Source: Thermoflexus sp.
Lineage (GTDB): Bacteria > Chloroflexota > Anaerolineae > Aggregatilineales > Aggregatilineaceae
Direction: 5' to 3'
Assembly: GCA_020724485.1 (NCBI GenBank)
Contig: DYGW01000001.1
Span: 2,559 to 66,558 of the forward strand
Length of the DNA: 64,000 bases
Made by a program: the position numbers and the translations under genes. The notes under the pieces were generated by a model. That model was not told the DNA's origin and ran no database searches. It saw only the letters and a list, made by a program, of their open reading frames with translations. Shown piece by piece: positions 53,207 through 62,107 of the stretch (positions are counted from its first letter, which is position 1; every line of letters starts with the position of its first letter).

Positions 53207-54697
53207 ATGGACATATTTATCAGCTATGCACGCGAGGATTCTCTCTTTGCAAACTGGCTCAGCAGCGAGCTACAGCGCAGAGACTTCTCCGTTTTCCTTG
53301 ACACCAGTGATCTTGTTCCTGGAACTGTATGGCAGAATGAGATCGAGAAAGCAATCCGCGCATGTCGCATCGTGCTCCTTGTCCTCAGTCCTCATAGCAT
53401 GGCTTCTAAGTGGGTCAAGTGGGAGTGTATGCTTGCGCAACACTATGGAAAGAGACTGGTTCCGCTTCAGATAGCCCAACTCCCACACGAGCCAGACTTT
53501 GTTCGTGGCCTACAGCTTGTGGACTTGACAACTCTTCCCATGAACGCGGTGGCGATCAGCCACATTGTCAGCTTGCTGCCCAAAATAGACCAACGGACTC
53601 TTGGCATCGTCCGTGACGCTTACCTCCAGCGTGCCACTCTTAAGTCCGACCACACTATCACTGCCTATCGTCGCGCGATTGAGCTGTTCCTCGAATTCCT
53701 GGGCGATCCGTCGCAGCGCGGGCGTCTGCCAGTGCATAGTCGCGTACCAGCCGCACCTGATGACACACCCCTTAACGCCCTAACTGCGGCAGACGCTCCA
53801 ATCTTCCTGCATTTCGCAGAATGGATGTTATCTAGCCCCACTCGCAAATCAGATGACAAGCGGCCATACAAGGTCTCTACGGTCGAACTGCGGCTGGCGG
53901 GCATCCAGAACTGGTTCCAGTTCATGGACGATCATGGCTGGCTGCCGCCGGACTTCCCGCTGGCCAAGGCCAGACGCATCGTGCGCGACGAACTACGCGG
54001 ACAATCGCGCCAGGGCGGCCCACCTGAGCCGCCGCTGAACATCGAAGAGGTCATCTACTTCTACGATAATCTCAAGCCCCCACGCCGTCTCGCCGATCCC
54101 GACGCGCCCGCCGAACGCCGCGAGCGCTGGGAATTGACGCGCCTGCGCAACTGCGCCCTGCTGCGCGCGCTGGCCGAGTCGGGCGGACGAGTCAGCGAAG
54201 TGCTGAGCCTGAACCTCGACGACTTCCCAGAACGCTTTCTGCAGCGCGACGACGTGCTGCGCGTCGCTGTGCGGGGCAAAGGCGGCCATGTGTACCATTT
54301 GCGCTTCCACGACGCGCTGCCGGCCATCCGGGCCTACATCGAACGGCGCGGCGCGGCATTGCGCGCCACGCGCTCCGGCAAAGTCCCGCTGTTCGTGAGC
54401 CACGACGCGCGCTTCGACGGCAGCCGCATGAGTCGTATCGTCGCCTGGCGAGTGGTGCAGCGCGCCGCCCGTGCCCTGGGACTGGGCAGCATCACGCCCC
54501 ACGACTTCCGCCACTGGCGGGCGACACAACTGCTCAACGCGGGCTATCCGCTGGATGTCGTGCAGGATTACCTGGGGCACCGTTCGGTCGAGACGACGCG
54601 CGCCTACTACGCGCATACCGATCCGCTGCGCGTAGACGAGGCCGCGCGTAGCGTGGGACTGCCCCGTTTGCCCGATGATGATTCGCAACCTGGTTGA
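53207..54697 (+). CDS. TIR domain fused to a tyrosine site-specific recombinase (SAM-like core-binding domain plus intact catalytic domain)
   Basis: Residues 1-~125 (DIFISYAREDSLFANWLSSELQRRDFSVFLDTSDLVPG..WQNEIEKAIRACRIVLLVLSPHSMASKWVKWEC) match the TIR_2 pattern, including the conserved Glu (E73). Residues ~150-260 carry the HTITAYRRAIELFLEFL SAM-like domain. The C-terminal part has the full R-K-HxxR-H-Y set: GGRVSE, GKGG, HDFRHW, LGHRS, RAYYAH. Confidence 0.85.
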   Translation: MDIFISYAREDSLFANWLSSELQRRDFSVFLDTSDLVPGTVWQNEIEKAIRACRIVLLVLSPHSMASKWVKWECMLAQHYGKRLVPLQIAQLPHEPDFVRGLQLVDLTTLPMNAVAISHIVSLLPKIDQRTLGIVRDAYLQRATLKSDHTITAYRRAIELFLEFLGDPSQRGRLPVHSRVPAAPDDTPLNALTAADAPIFLHFAEWMLSSPTRKSDDKRPYKVSTVELRLAGIQNWFQFMDDHGWLPPDFPLAKARRIVRDELRGQSRQGGPPEPPLNIEEVIYFYDNLKPPRRLADPDAPAERRERWELTRLRNCALLRALAESGGRVSEVLSLNLDDFPERFLQRDDVLRVAVRGKGGHVYHLRFHDALPAIRAYIERRGAALRATRSGKVPLFVSHDARFDGSRMSRIVAWRVVQRAARALGLGSITPHDFRHWRATQLLNAGYPLDVVQDYLGHRSVETTRAYYAHTDPLRVDEAARSVGLPRLPDDDSQPG

Positions 54698-54716
54698 ACA
54701 CCTGGCACGGCGATGG

Positions 54717-55112
54717 TCACCTGTCCCGGTAACCCTGGCCCAGCGGCACGGCGAGCATGATCCCGATGAAGCCGACCAATACGCCGAGATGGAGCAGCAC
54801 AGCGGGGATGCACAACCAGTAGAGACCGGCGTCAAAGCGGCCCGCCTCCACGAGCAGCGCAATGACAAGGCCGCTGGCCAGCAGGCTGAGCACAACCAGC
54901 ACCGTGCCGACGAGCAGCGGCACACCGCGCTGCGGTGCAATGGATGAAGACAGCGCAGTAATCACGTTGCCAAATCGCGGCGACGCATCCACTCGCCGGA
55001 GAAAAGGCCCGCTCACCACCATCAGTCCCGCCCACAGCAGCCTGGCGGCGCTGCGCAAGAGGTACAGCAGCAGTGCGATCAGCTTGCTGAGGCCCCCAAC
55101 AATACGCTTCAT
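54717..55112 (-). CDS. hypothetical small membrane protein (about 3 TM helices)
   Basis: 131-aa ORF with an ATG start and hydrophobic helices (LIALLLYLL..., VGTVLVVLSLLASGLVIALLV, CIPAVLLHLGVLVGFIGIMLAV). No recognisable family. Convergent with the TIR-recombinase gene. Confidence 0.5.
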   Translation of the reverse strand: MKRIVGGLSKLIALLLYLLRSAARLLWAGLMVVSGPFLRRVDASPRFGNVITALSSSIAPQRGVPLLVGTVLVVLSLLASGLVIALLVEAGRFDAGLYWLCIPAVLLHLGVLVGFIGIMLAVPLGQGYRDR

Positions 55113-55283
55113 GGCTGCACGTCATCCCCTCAGTCCTATAGGGTGCAATTCGCGATGGGGGCGGAATTCTTGAACCGCAGGGACGCAGAGCACACAGAGG
55201 AGAACTATGAAGATTCTTTGCTTTTCTCCGCGCTCTCTGCGCCCTGCGGTAATGCTTTGCTCCAGAACTGAAATGCACCCGTC

Positions 55284-56606
55284 CTATAGCAGGCCCGCCT
55301 GCCGCATGCGCCCGGCCAGCCAGTGCGGTACATGCGCTTCGATGGCCACGCCCTGCTCTGTGTGACGCTCATCAAGCACGACCCCACGACCATGAATCGC
55401 CGAAATCAACTCTCCCTTCTCATACGGAATTGTTATTTTAATCATGACAAAGTCTACTAACAGCACGTTACTGATGGCCTCTCGCAGGGCATCCAGGCCA
55501 ACCCGCTCCTGGGCTGAAACGCGCACCATGGCCTGGTAGCCCAGCGCCGCATAGTCAATCGGCCCGCAGGACTCGCCTCGATCAATCTTGTTCAGCACGA
55601 GCAACTTCGGAATCCGCGTGGCTTCTAGCTCGGCGAGCGTATCTTCCACCACGTCAATGTGATCCCAGGCGCGCTCGTGGCTGGCATCCACCACATGCAC
55701 CAGCAGGTCTGCGTCAGCCACTTCTTCCAGAGTCGCCCGAAATGCAGCGACCAGCGTCACCGGAAGCTTCTGGATGAAGCCCACGGTGTCGGACACGAGC
55801 ACGACGCGGCCATTGGGCAGGTCAACACGCCGGATGGTGGGATCGAGGGTGGCGAACAGTTGATCCGCGACGTACACATCTGCGCCGGAAAGCGCGTTGA
55901 GCAGCGTTGACTTGCCGGCGTTGGTGTAGCCAACCAGAGCCACCGTGGGGATGCCCGATCGCATCCGTTGTTGGCGATGCCGCTGCCGGTGAGCGCGCAC
56001 CGACTCCAACTCGTCGCGCAGCCTGGCGATCCTGCGCCCGATCTCGCGCCGGTCTACTTCAAGCTGAGTCTCGCCGGGGCCGCGCAGCCCGACTCCCCCT
56101 GCCCCACCGCGCGCCGCGCCGCCCCCTGCCTGGCGCGCCAGGTGAGTCCATTGCCGCGTCAAACGCGGCAGACGGTACTCGTACTGCGCCAGTTCGACCT
56201 GCAGCGCGCCCTCGCGGGTGCGCGCGTGTTGCGCGAAAATGTCGAGGATCAGCGCGGAGCGATCCAGCACTTGCACGTGCTCGCCCAGCGCCTTCTCTAG
56301 CTCGCGTTGGTGGCGTGGCGAAAGCTCATCGTCAAAGATGATCATGTCCGCGCCGGTCTCAACGATGGTCTCGGCGATCTCCTCCAGCTTGCCGGAGCCG
56401 ATGAAAGTCGCGGGGTCAATGCGCGCCACACGTTGCACTGCCCGCCCGACGACCTGCACGCCCGCCGTGTTGGCCAGCAAGGCCAGCTCGTCCAGCGAGT
56501 CCTTGGCGGAGAACAGCGCATGAGAGCCGCGCAACTCCACGCCCACGAGCAGGGCGCGGCTTGGGCCAAGGTCGTTAGTTGTGCTGCCGTTGCGCTCAGA
56601 AAGCAT
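55284..56606 (-). CDS. hflX: GTPase HflX
   Basis: HflX N-domain and G-domain motifs (VALVGYTNAGKSTLLNAL, DTVGF, NKID). Start at ATG 56604-56606. The track extension to 56879 translates the MITE-like repeat. Confidence 0.9.
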   Translation of the reverse strand: MLSERNGSTTNDLGPSRALLVGVELRGSHALFSAKDSLDELALLANTAGVQVVGRAVQRVARIDPATFIGSGKLEEIAETIVETGADMIIFDDELSPRHQRELEKALGEHVQVLDRSALILDIFAQHARTREGALQVELAQYEYRLPRLTRQWTHLARQAGGGAARGGAGGVGLRGPGETQLEVDRREIGRRIARLRDELESVRAHRQRHRQQRMRSGIPTVALVGYTNAGKSTLLNALSGADVYVADQLFATLDPTIRRVDLPNGRVVLVSDTVGFIQKLPVTLVAAFRATLEEVADADLLVHVVDASHERAWDHIDVVEDTLAELEATRIPKLLVLNKIDRGESCGPIDYAALGYQAMVRVSAQERVGLDALREAISNVLLVDFVMIKITIPYEKGELISAIHGRGVVLDERHTEQGVAIEAHVPHWLAGRMRQAGLL

Positions 56607-56732
56607 GGGCAGGGTGCTCGCCTGATGGCACTTTGCGACTCTCGCAGCGCCGTGCGTCGCAGCATGGCGCTGCTCATAACGCGCATTATAACTCAGGCGA
56701 TGCTTTCGCCCAATTCGGTGGGAGATCGCGGG

Positions 56733-56921
56733 TCCACGAACAAGTCGTGAACGTGTTTGTCCCCCCCCATCCTCGGCCCTTCCCCCCTCAGCCCACGAGG
56801 GGGGAAGGGAGAAAAACGGCGGGCCTGCTCCCCTTCCCTCCGCGCAGCGTGGGGGAAGGGGTTGGGGAATGGGGGGCAATCCCAGCGCCCAAGTGCCCAG
56901 CCCTAACAGGTTGTTCGTGGA
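56733..56921 (+). mobile_element. MITE-like intergenic repeat, family 1, copy 2
   Basis: 189 bp with the same 11-bp terminal inverted repeats TCCACGAACAA...TTGTTCGTGGA and the same orientation as 14639-14819. It lies between the trmFO stop and the hflX promoter region. Confidence 0.75.
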
Positions 56922-56954
56922 GCCGGAGATCGCAGAGATCGCACGGATCGCGCT

Positions 56955-58328
56955 TCAGCTTCCCTCGGACGCCAGGAAACTCTCCAGATCGCTGGCGGCG
57001 CGCTCGGCGAAGGCCCGCTTGCGCTCGCTCTTGCGGCGCGGGGGTGTGGCAAGCGGCGGCATGATCCCGAAATTGGCCTTCATCGGCTGGAAGTCCTGTG
57101 GCTCGGCATGGGCCACATAATGGCACAGCGCGCCTAGCATTGTGGTGGGTGGCAGCGTCCAGACCGGCTGGCCCAGAACCAGGCGGGCGGTGTTGATTCC
57201 GGCCAGCAGTCCCGTGCCGATACTGCCCACGTAACCTTCGACTCCCGTGATCTGCCCGGCGAAGAAAAGATCGTCGCGCTGCCTGAACTGGAGCGACGGT
57301 CTCAGATGGGCCGGCGCGTTGATGAACGTGTTACGGTGCATCATGCCATAGCGGGCGAACTCGGCCTTTTCCAGTCCGGGTATCATGCGCAGGACGCGCT
57401 GCTGCTCGTCCCATCGCAGATTTGTCTGGAAGCCGACCATGCTGTACAGCGTGCCGGCCAGGTTGTCCTGGCGGAGCTGCACGATGGCAAAGGGACGCTG
57501 CCCGGTGCGTGGGTCGCGCAGCCCGACGGGACGCATCGGACCGAAGGCCAGCGATTGCGGCCCGCGCGCGGCGATCTGCTCAACAGGCAGGCACGCCTCG
57601 AAGAAGCGCGGGTCTTCGCGCTCAAAATAGCGCAGCGCGATAGTCTCCGCTTCCAGCAGGGCCGCGACAAAGCGGTGATACTCTTCCTCGGTCATCGGGC
57701 AGTTGATGTAGTCGCCTTCGGCCCCTTCGCCCCGGCCATAGCGGCTGGCGCGAAAGGCGACCGCCATGTTGATTGTCTCGGCGTACACCGTCGGGGCGAT
57801 GGCATCGTAGAAGTACAGGTGCTCCGTGCCCAGCAGCCGGCCCAGTTCCTCGGCGAGCGCCGGACTGGTCAGCGGCCCGGTGGCCATCACGCACGGCCCA
57901 TCGGGGATGCCCGTCACTTCCTCGCGGATAATCGTGATCAGCGGATGGTCGCCCACGGCCTGCGTGACCTGTGCCGCGAACACATCGCGGTCTACGGCCA
58001 GCGCACCACCGGCGGGGACAACTGCCCGGTCGGCGCAGGCCATCAGCAGCGACCCCAAACGGCGTAGCTCATTTTTCAGCACACCCGGCGCGCGGTCCGC
58101 CAGGTCCGACCCAAGCGAGTTGCTGCACACCAGTTCCGCCAGCCGGTCGGTCTGGTGGGCGGGCGTCGTCCGCTGCGGGCGCATCTCGTAAAGCTGCACC
58201 GGCACGCCGCGCTGGGCGATCTGCCAGGCCGCTTCTGACCCGGCCAGCCCGCCCCCAATGACGCGCACAGGTGTGCGTTCGGTCTCACGCATGAGCCGCT
58301 CCTGGAATCCCTCCAGCGACATTGGCAC
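56955..58328 (-). CDS. trmFO: methylenetetrahydrofolate-tRNA-(uracil-5)-methyltransferase TrmFO
   Basis: FAD motif [16 protein letters not shown] and the full-length TrmFO/Gid pattern ([17 protein letters not shown]). Confidence 0.92.
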   Translation of the reverse strand: MPMSLEGFQERLMRETERTPVRVIGGGLAGSEAAWQIAQRGVPVQLYEMRPQRTTPAHQTDRLAELVCSNSLGSDLADRAPGVLKNELRRLGSLLMACADRAVVPAGGALAVDRDVFAAQVTQAVGDHPLITIIREEVTGIPDGPCVMATGPLTSPALAEELGRLLGTEHLYFYDAIAPTVYAETINMAVAFRASRYGRGEGAEGDYINCPMTEEEYHRFVAALLEAETIALRYFEREDPRFFEACLPVEQIAARGPQSLAFGPMRPVGLRDPRTGQRPFAIVQLRQDNLAGTLYSMVGFQTNLRWDEQQRVLRMIPGLEKAEFARYGMMHRNTFINAPAHLRPSLQFRQRDDLFFAGQITGVEGYVGSIGTGLLAGINTARLVLGQPVWTLPPTTMLGALCHYVAHAEPQDFQPMKANFGIMPPLATPPRRKSERKRAFAERAASDLESFLASEGS

Positions 58329-58482
58329 CGCGCTGCCTTCTCGACCCGGTGACTTAAATCACCCCACCCCGATTGTAATGAGTTGCGCTACCATTGCCCA
58401 GGTGCGTTTTGCGCGCACTCTGCATGGGACAATGGGCCGCGCCGACGCTCTGCGGACAGGGCATTTCCTGCGCGGAACACCC

Positions 58483-58512
58483 TTGACTCGCAGAACACAA
58501 ATCTGGTATCCT
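58483..58512 (+). promoter_or_regulatory. candidate promoter for the lytic transglycosylase gene
   Basis: TTGACT (58483-58488), 18 nt spacer, TATCCT (58507-58512). Confidence 0.3.
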
Positions 58513-58518
58513 AGAGAC

Positions 58519-58544
58519 AGAGATAGAACGCATGTTCTATCTCT
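58519..58544. promoter_or_regulatory. 26-bp perfect palindrome at the start of the leader (operator or RNA hairpin)
   Basis: agagatagaac-gcat-gttctatctct has 11-bp perfect arms and is AT-rich. It lies immediately downstream of the candidate -10. Confidence 0.4.
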
Positions 58545-58597
58545 AACCATCCCGCTACCTGCGTAAGTCCGCACTGGTACACGAGGGAAAAGAACCG

Positions 58598-59326
58598 GTG
58601 ATCACTCGCCTACCGTCACTCATCTTCGCCGCCGCCGCACTGCTCTCCTGCGCCGCCATCGGCTTTGCCGCCACGCTGGGGACGGCCCTTGTATGGCACG
58701 CCGCAACAGGGAGCCGAGTCTACACTGTGGCCGATCCGTATCGCTACGGATACGCCGATTCTCCGGTCGGGCCGCAGGCAGCAGCCAGCCCCCTGTCGGG
58801 AGTCTTCACCGACGAAGTGCTGTACTGGACACCGCTCATCCAGGCGTGGGCTGTCCTCTACCAGATTGATCCCAACCTGATCGCCACCCTCATCCAGATC
58901 GAAAGTTGCGGCGACCCTGCTGTGTCGTCTCCGGCAGGAGCGCAAGGGCTGTTTCAGGTGATGCCCTTTCACTTCGATCCCAGCGAAGATATGCTGGACG
59001 TGCCAACGAATGCGCGGCGAGGGATGAACTACCTGGCCGGCAGCCTGGAGATCGCCGGTGGTCATGCCGGGCTGGCGCTAGCTGGCTACAACGGCGGGCA
59101 CGGAATCATCCGCAGCGGGTGGGCAACGTGGAGCGCAGAAACCCGGCGCTACTATTACTGGGGGGCGCGCATCTACGCGGAAGCGGTGTCCGGCATGGCG
59201 ACCAGCCCTACACTGGACGAGTGGCTGGCCGCCGGTGGAAGCCGCCTCTGCGCTCAGGCGCGGCTGACACAGAGCCAACTGGAACAGGCCAAGCGCGCCC
59301 AGGTGATAGTCATTCCGGGGAATTGA
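58598..59326 (+). CDS. lytic transglycosylase (SLT domain) with N-terminal signal/anchor
   Basis: SLT motifs LIQIESCGDP (catalytic Glu), AQGLFQVMP and AGYNGG. Confidence 0.8.
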   Translation: MITRLPSLIFAAAALLSCAAIGFAATLGTALVWHAATGSRVYTVADPYRYGYADSPVGPQAAASPLSGVFTDEVLYWTPLIQAWAVLYQIDPNLIATLIQIESCGDPAVSSPAGAQGLFQVMPFHFDPSEDMLDVPTNARRGMNYLAGSLEIAGGHAGLALAGYNGGHGIIRSGWATWSAETRRYYYWGARIYAEAVSGMATSPTLDEWLAAGGSRLCAQARLTQSQLEQAKRAQVIVIPGN

Positions 59327-59361
59327 ACGGCTACCACCTGATCGCCGCTGGCGTGCACATT

Positions 59362-60618
59362 CTATGCCCGGCCAAAAACCACGCAGGCGTTTTGTCCGCC
59401 GAGGCCAAAGCTGTTCGACATGGCGAAAGTCAGCTTGGCATCGCGCGCTTCATTGGGCACGTAGTCGAGATCGCATTCCGGATCGGGCGTCTCCAGGTTA
59501 ATCGTCGGGTGTAGTATCTGCTCGAACAGCGACATGACAGTGGCGATTCCCTCCACAGCGCCCGCCCCACCGAGCAGATGTCCGAGCATACTCTTGGTCG
59601 AGTTGGCCGCCAGCTTATAGGCGTGATCTTTGAAGACCTGCTTCATGGCGCGGGTTTCAACCGCGTCGTTCGCCTGGGTGGACGACCCGTGCGTGTTCAC
59701 GTAGTCAATCTTGTCGGGGTCTAGCCCGGCATCCTGGATTGCCCAACGCATGGCATTAGCCGCGCCCAGCCCGGTCGGTTCCGGTGCCGCCACGTGGTAA
59801 GCGTCGGATGACGCCGCCATACCAAGCACCTCGGCGTAGATGCGCCCCCCCCGCTTGATCGCCCGTTCCAGCGTTTCCAGGATCATCGCCCCCGCGCCTT
59901 CGGAGAAGACGAACCCGTTGCGATTAAGATCGAAGGGACGGCTTGCTTTGTCCGGATTGTCGTTGTAACCCGTCGCTAGGCCCTTCATCGAGATGAAGCC
60001 AGCGATGCCATAGTCGAGGATCATGGCCTCCACGCCGCCAGTCACCACCATGTCCGCTTTCCCATAGCGGATCAGGTTCATCGCGTCGCCGATGCTGTGC
60101 GTACCGGTGGCGCAGGCCGTCGAAAGGCACACCAGCGGCCCCAATGCGCCCAGCACCCGGCTAACATGGTGGGCGGGAATGTTTGGGATCGATTCGATCA
60201 ATGAGAAGGGGCCAGGACGCCGCCCTTTCGTGCGGAAGCCGAACGACGCCTGCTGAGCTAGATCGTGTGCGCCCAGCGATGACCCGAAGTCCACCGCTAC
60301 GCGCTCCCGGATCGGCTCGATGTCCTCGACAGTCAGCCCGGCATCTTTGAGAGCATCCATCGCTGCTGTCACCGCAAACTGCGCTGGCCTGCCCATGCGC
60401 CGTGCTTCCTTTGACTCGATGTACTCCGTCGGGTCAAAGTCGAGGACTTCACCGGCAATCTGCACTTCCAGGTCTGACGGGTCGAAGCTCTGAATGCGTC
60501 TCACGCCGGATATACCGGCTTTGAGCTTCTCCCAGTACTCCGGGAACCGTCCCAACGGGGTGACGGCCCCCATCCCAGTGATCACCACACGCGGAAAACC
60601 ATTGCGCATGAGTTCCAT
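59362..60618 (-). CDS. fabF: beta-ketoacyl-ACP synthase II
   Basis: VVITGMGAVTPLG start, active-site Cys context (LSTACATG), His motifs (NTHGSST, GHLLGGAG) and a C-terminal NSFGLGGQNA. Confidence 0.93.
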   Translation of the reverse strand: MELMRNGFPRVVITGMGAVTPLGRFPEYWEKLKAGISGVRRIQSFDPSDLEVQIAGEVLDFDPTEYIESKEARRMGRPAQFAVTAAMDALKDAGLTVEDIEPIRERVAVDFGSSLGAHDLAQQASFGFRTKGRRPGPFSLIESIPNIPAHHVSRVLGALGPLVCLSTACATGTHSIGDAMNLIRYGKADMVVTGGVEAMILDYGIAGFISMKGLATGYNDNPDKASRPFDLNRNGFVFSEGAGAMILETLERAIKRGGRIYAEVLGMAASSDAYHVAAPEPTGLGAANAMRWAIQDAGLDPDKIDYVNTHGSSTQANDAVETRAMKQVFKDHAYKLAANSTKSMLGHLLGGAGAVEGIATVMSLFEQILHPTINLETPDPECDLDYVPNEARDAKLTFAMSNSFGLGGQNACVVFGRA

Positions 60619-60653
60619 AGCACTCGTCCTTTTCCTTGCGCTCTCACTCAGCC

Positions 60654-61661
60654 CTATTCATCTTGTGCGGGCACGGTGTGCAGACCATCGGCGATGGCCT
60701 GCACGATCCGCCCGGATACGGCATATTGGGCCTGGCGGATGGCGTTCTTCACAGCAAACGCATTCGAGCGCCCATGCCCGATGATGACAACACCGTTGAC
60801 GCCCAGAAGGGGTGCCCCGCCGACCTCGAAGGGATCAATCGCCCGGTACACGCGCCGGAAGGCCGGTTTGCCGAGCAGCCCGGCCAGCTTCGACCGCCAA
60901 TCCGCGCGCAGTTCCTGGCGGATGAGGTCGAAAACAGTAGCCCCAATCGCCTCCATAGACTTAAGCAGCACGTTACCGGAGAAGCCGTCCATGACGGCCA
61001 CATCAACACTGCCCCCCAGGATTTCTTTCGGCTCTACGTTTCCTACGAAATTAACCCCACTGCGCTGGAGGAGTTCCGCCGCTTCCTGAACCAATACCGT
61101 GCCCTTGCCCAGTTCCTCACCGTTGGAGAGCAGCCCCACACGCGGACTGCTGTGGCCGAGCGCGTGCTGCGCGTAGAGACTTCCCATCACGGCGAATTGG
61201 GCGAGCCATTCCGCCTTGCAGTCGGCGTTAGCGCCGATGTCCAGCACCATCACCGACGTGCCGCCAAGGGGAAGAAGCGCACACAGAGCCGGGCGGTGAA
61301 CGCCAGGAATACGCTTGAGCGTATGCAAAATGGCGATGGCCAGCGCGGCGCCGGTGTTGCCCACCGTCACGAAGGCATCGGCCTGACCATTCCCAACCAG
61401 CCGCATCCCGACGTGCATAGACGAGTTTAGCTTGGCGCGACCCACCACACCTGGCTTGTCGGACATCGCCACGGCCTCCGGCGCGTGGACGATCTCAAGC
61501 GGCAGCCCCTGGCAGTCGTGCTTTGCCAGTTCCGCTCGCACCCTCGGCTCATCGCCGACCAGGAGAACCTCCACCCCTAGCTCGCGAGCAGCCAATACAG
61601 CCCCTTCGACATCAGGGGCCGGGTGACGGTCGCTACCCATCGCATCGAGGGCAATCTTCAT
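60654..61661 (-). CDS. plsX: phosphate acyltransferase PlsX
   Basis: MKIALDAMGSD start and the full PlsX pattern. ATG 61659-61661. Confidence 0.92.
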   Translation of the reverse strand: MKIALDAMGSDRHPAPDVEGAVLAARELGVEVLLVGDEPRVRAELAKHDCQGLPLEIVHAPEAVAMSDKPGVVGRAKLNSSMHVGMRLVGNGQADAFVTVGNTGAALAIAILHTLKRIPGVHRPALCALLPLGGTSVMVLDIGANADCKAEWLAQFAVMGSLYAQHALGHSSPRVGLLSNGEELGKGTVLVQEAAELLQRSGVNFVGNVEPKEILGGSVDVAVMDGFSGNVLLKSMEAIGATVFDLIRQELRADWRSKLAGLLGKPAFRRVYRAIDPFEVGGAPLLGVNGVVIIGHGRSNAFAVKNAIRQAQYAVSGRIVQAIADGLHTVPAQDE

Positions 61662-61752
61662 TGCACGGCTTCCTCTTTTGAGCCAATTCGCAGCCACAGA
61701 CACACAGGGCACAGCCTTCGATTGTACGCCGGTCAGGCGGTGTTGCCAACCA

Positions 61753-61782
61753 TTGACAGAACCGCGACGGGCTGTATATAAT
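61753..61782 (+). promoter_or_regulatory. sigma-70-type promoter for tRNA-Leu
   Basis: TTGACA (61753-61758), 18 nt spacer, TATAAT (61777-61782). The tRNA 5' end is 12 nt downstream. Confidence 0.5.
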
Positions 61783-61793
61783 TTGCCTTACTT

Positions 61794-61879
61794 GCCCTGG
61801 TGGCGGAATTGGTATACGCGGCAGGTTGAGGGCCTGTGCCCGTACGGGCGTGGAGGTTCGAGTCCTCTCCAGGGCACCA
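61794..61879 (+). tRNA. tRNA-Leu (anticodon GAG), class II with long variable arm, CCA encoded
   Basis: Manual fold: acceptor GCCCTGG/CCAGGGC, anticodon stem GCAGG/CCTGT with loop TTGAGGG (GAG at 34-36, G37), variable-arm hairpin GCCCG-TA-CGGGC, T-arm GGAGG-TTCGAGT-CCTCT, and 3' ACCA. Confidence 0.9.
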
Positions 61880-61915
61880 ATCCTTGCACATTAAGCGGTG
61901 TGCATTTGCCAATTA

Positions 61916-61951
61916 CGAGGAGCGCGCAAGAGCGGCGCTCCTCGTTTGTTT
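61916..61951 (+). terminator. rho-independent terminator after tRNA-Leu
   Basis: Perfect 10-bp stem cgaggagcgc/gcgctcctcg with a 9-nt loop, followed by TTTgTTT. Confidence 0.6.
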
Positions 61952-62107
61952 CCTCGCTCTTTGCTTTGCGTCGTCTGCGTCGCCGCCGTTTAGAGAACAT
62001 CGCCCCAGTCTGGGATACGCTGCTGCGCAGCCGCCTTGCACCACAATCCAGTCTGGCTATAATCCGCCTTATGAGGATTGCGTCAGGCAGCGCGTGGAGG
62101 GAGCGAC

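Noticed and set aside
56607-56879. N-terminal extensions of track ORFs: hflX to 56879, 14663-14881 ahead of the SRPBCC gene, 21779-22084 ahead of the SBP, and the ORF 14565-14837 (-).
   Set aside because: These stretches are translations of the family-1 and family-2 intergenic repeats. The same PLPPRCAEGR... peptide appears wherever the repeat occurs. Better starts with an RBS exist downstream.
61794-61879. tRNA-Leu as an integration target for a mobile element, given the two integrase-family genes in the window.
   Set aside because: The nearest recombinase gene is more than 7 kb away, with housekeeping genes (hflX, trmFO, fabF, plsX) in between. I saw no direct repeat of the tRNA 3' end, and the flanks are ordinary promoter and terminator elements.
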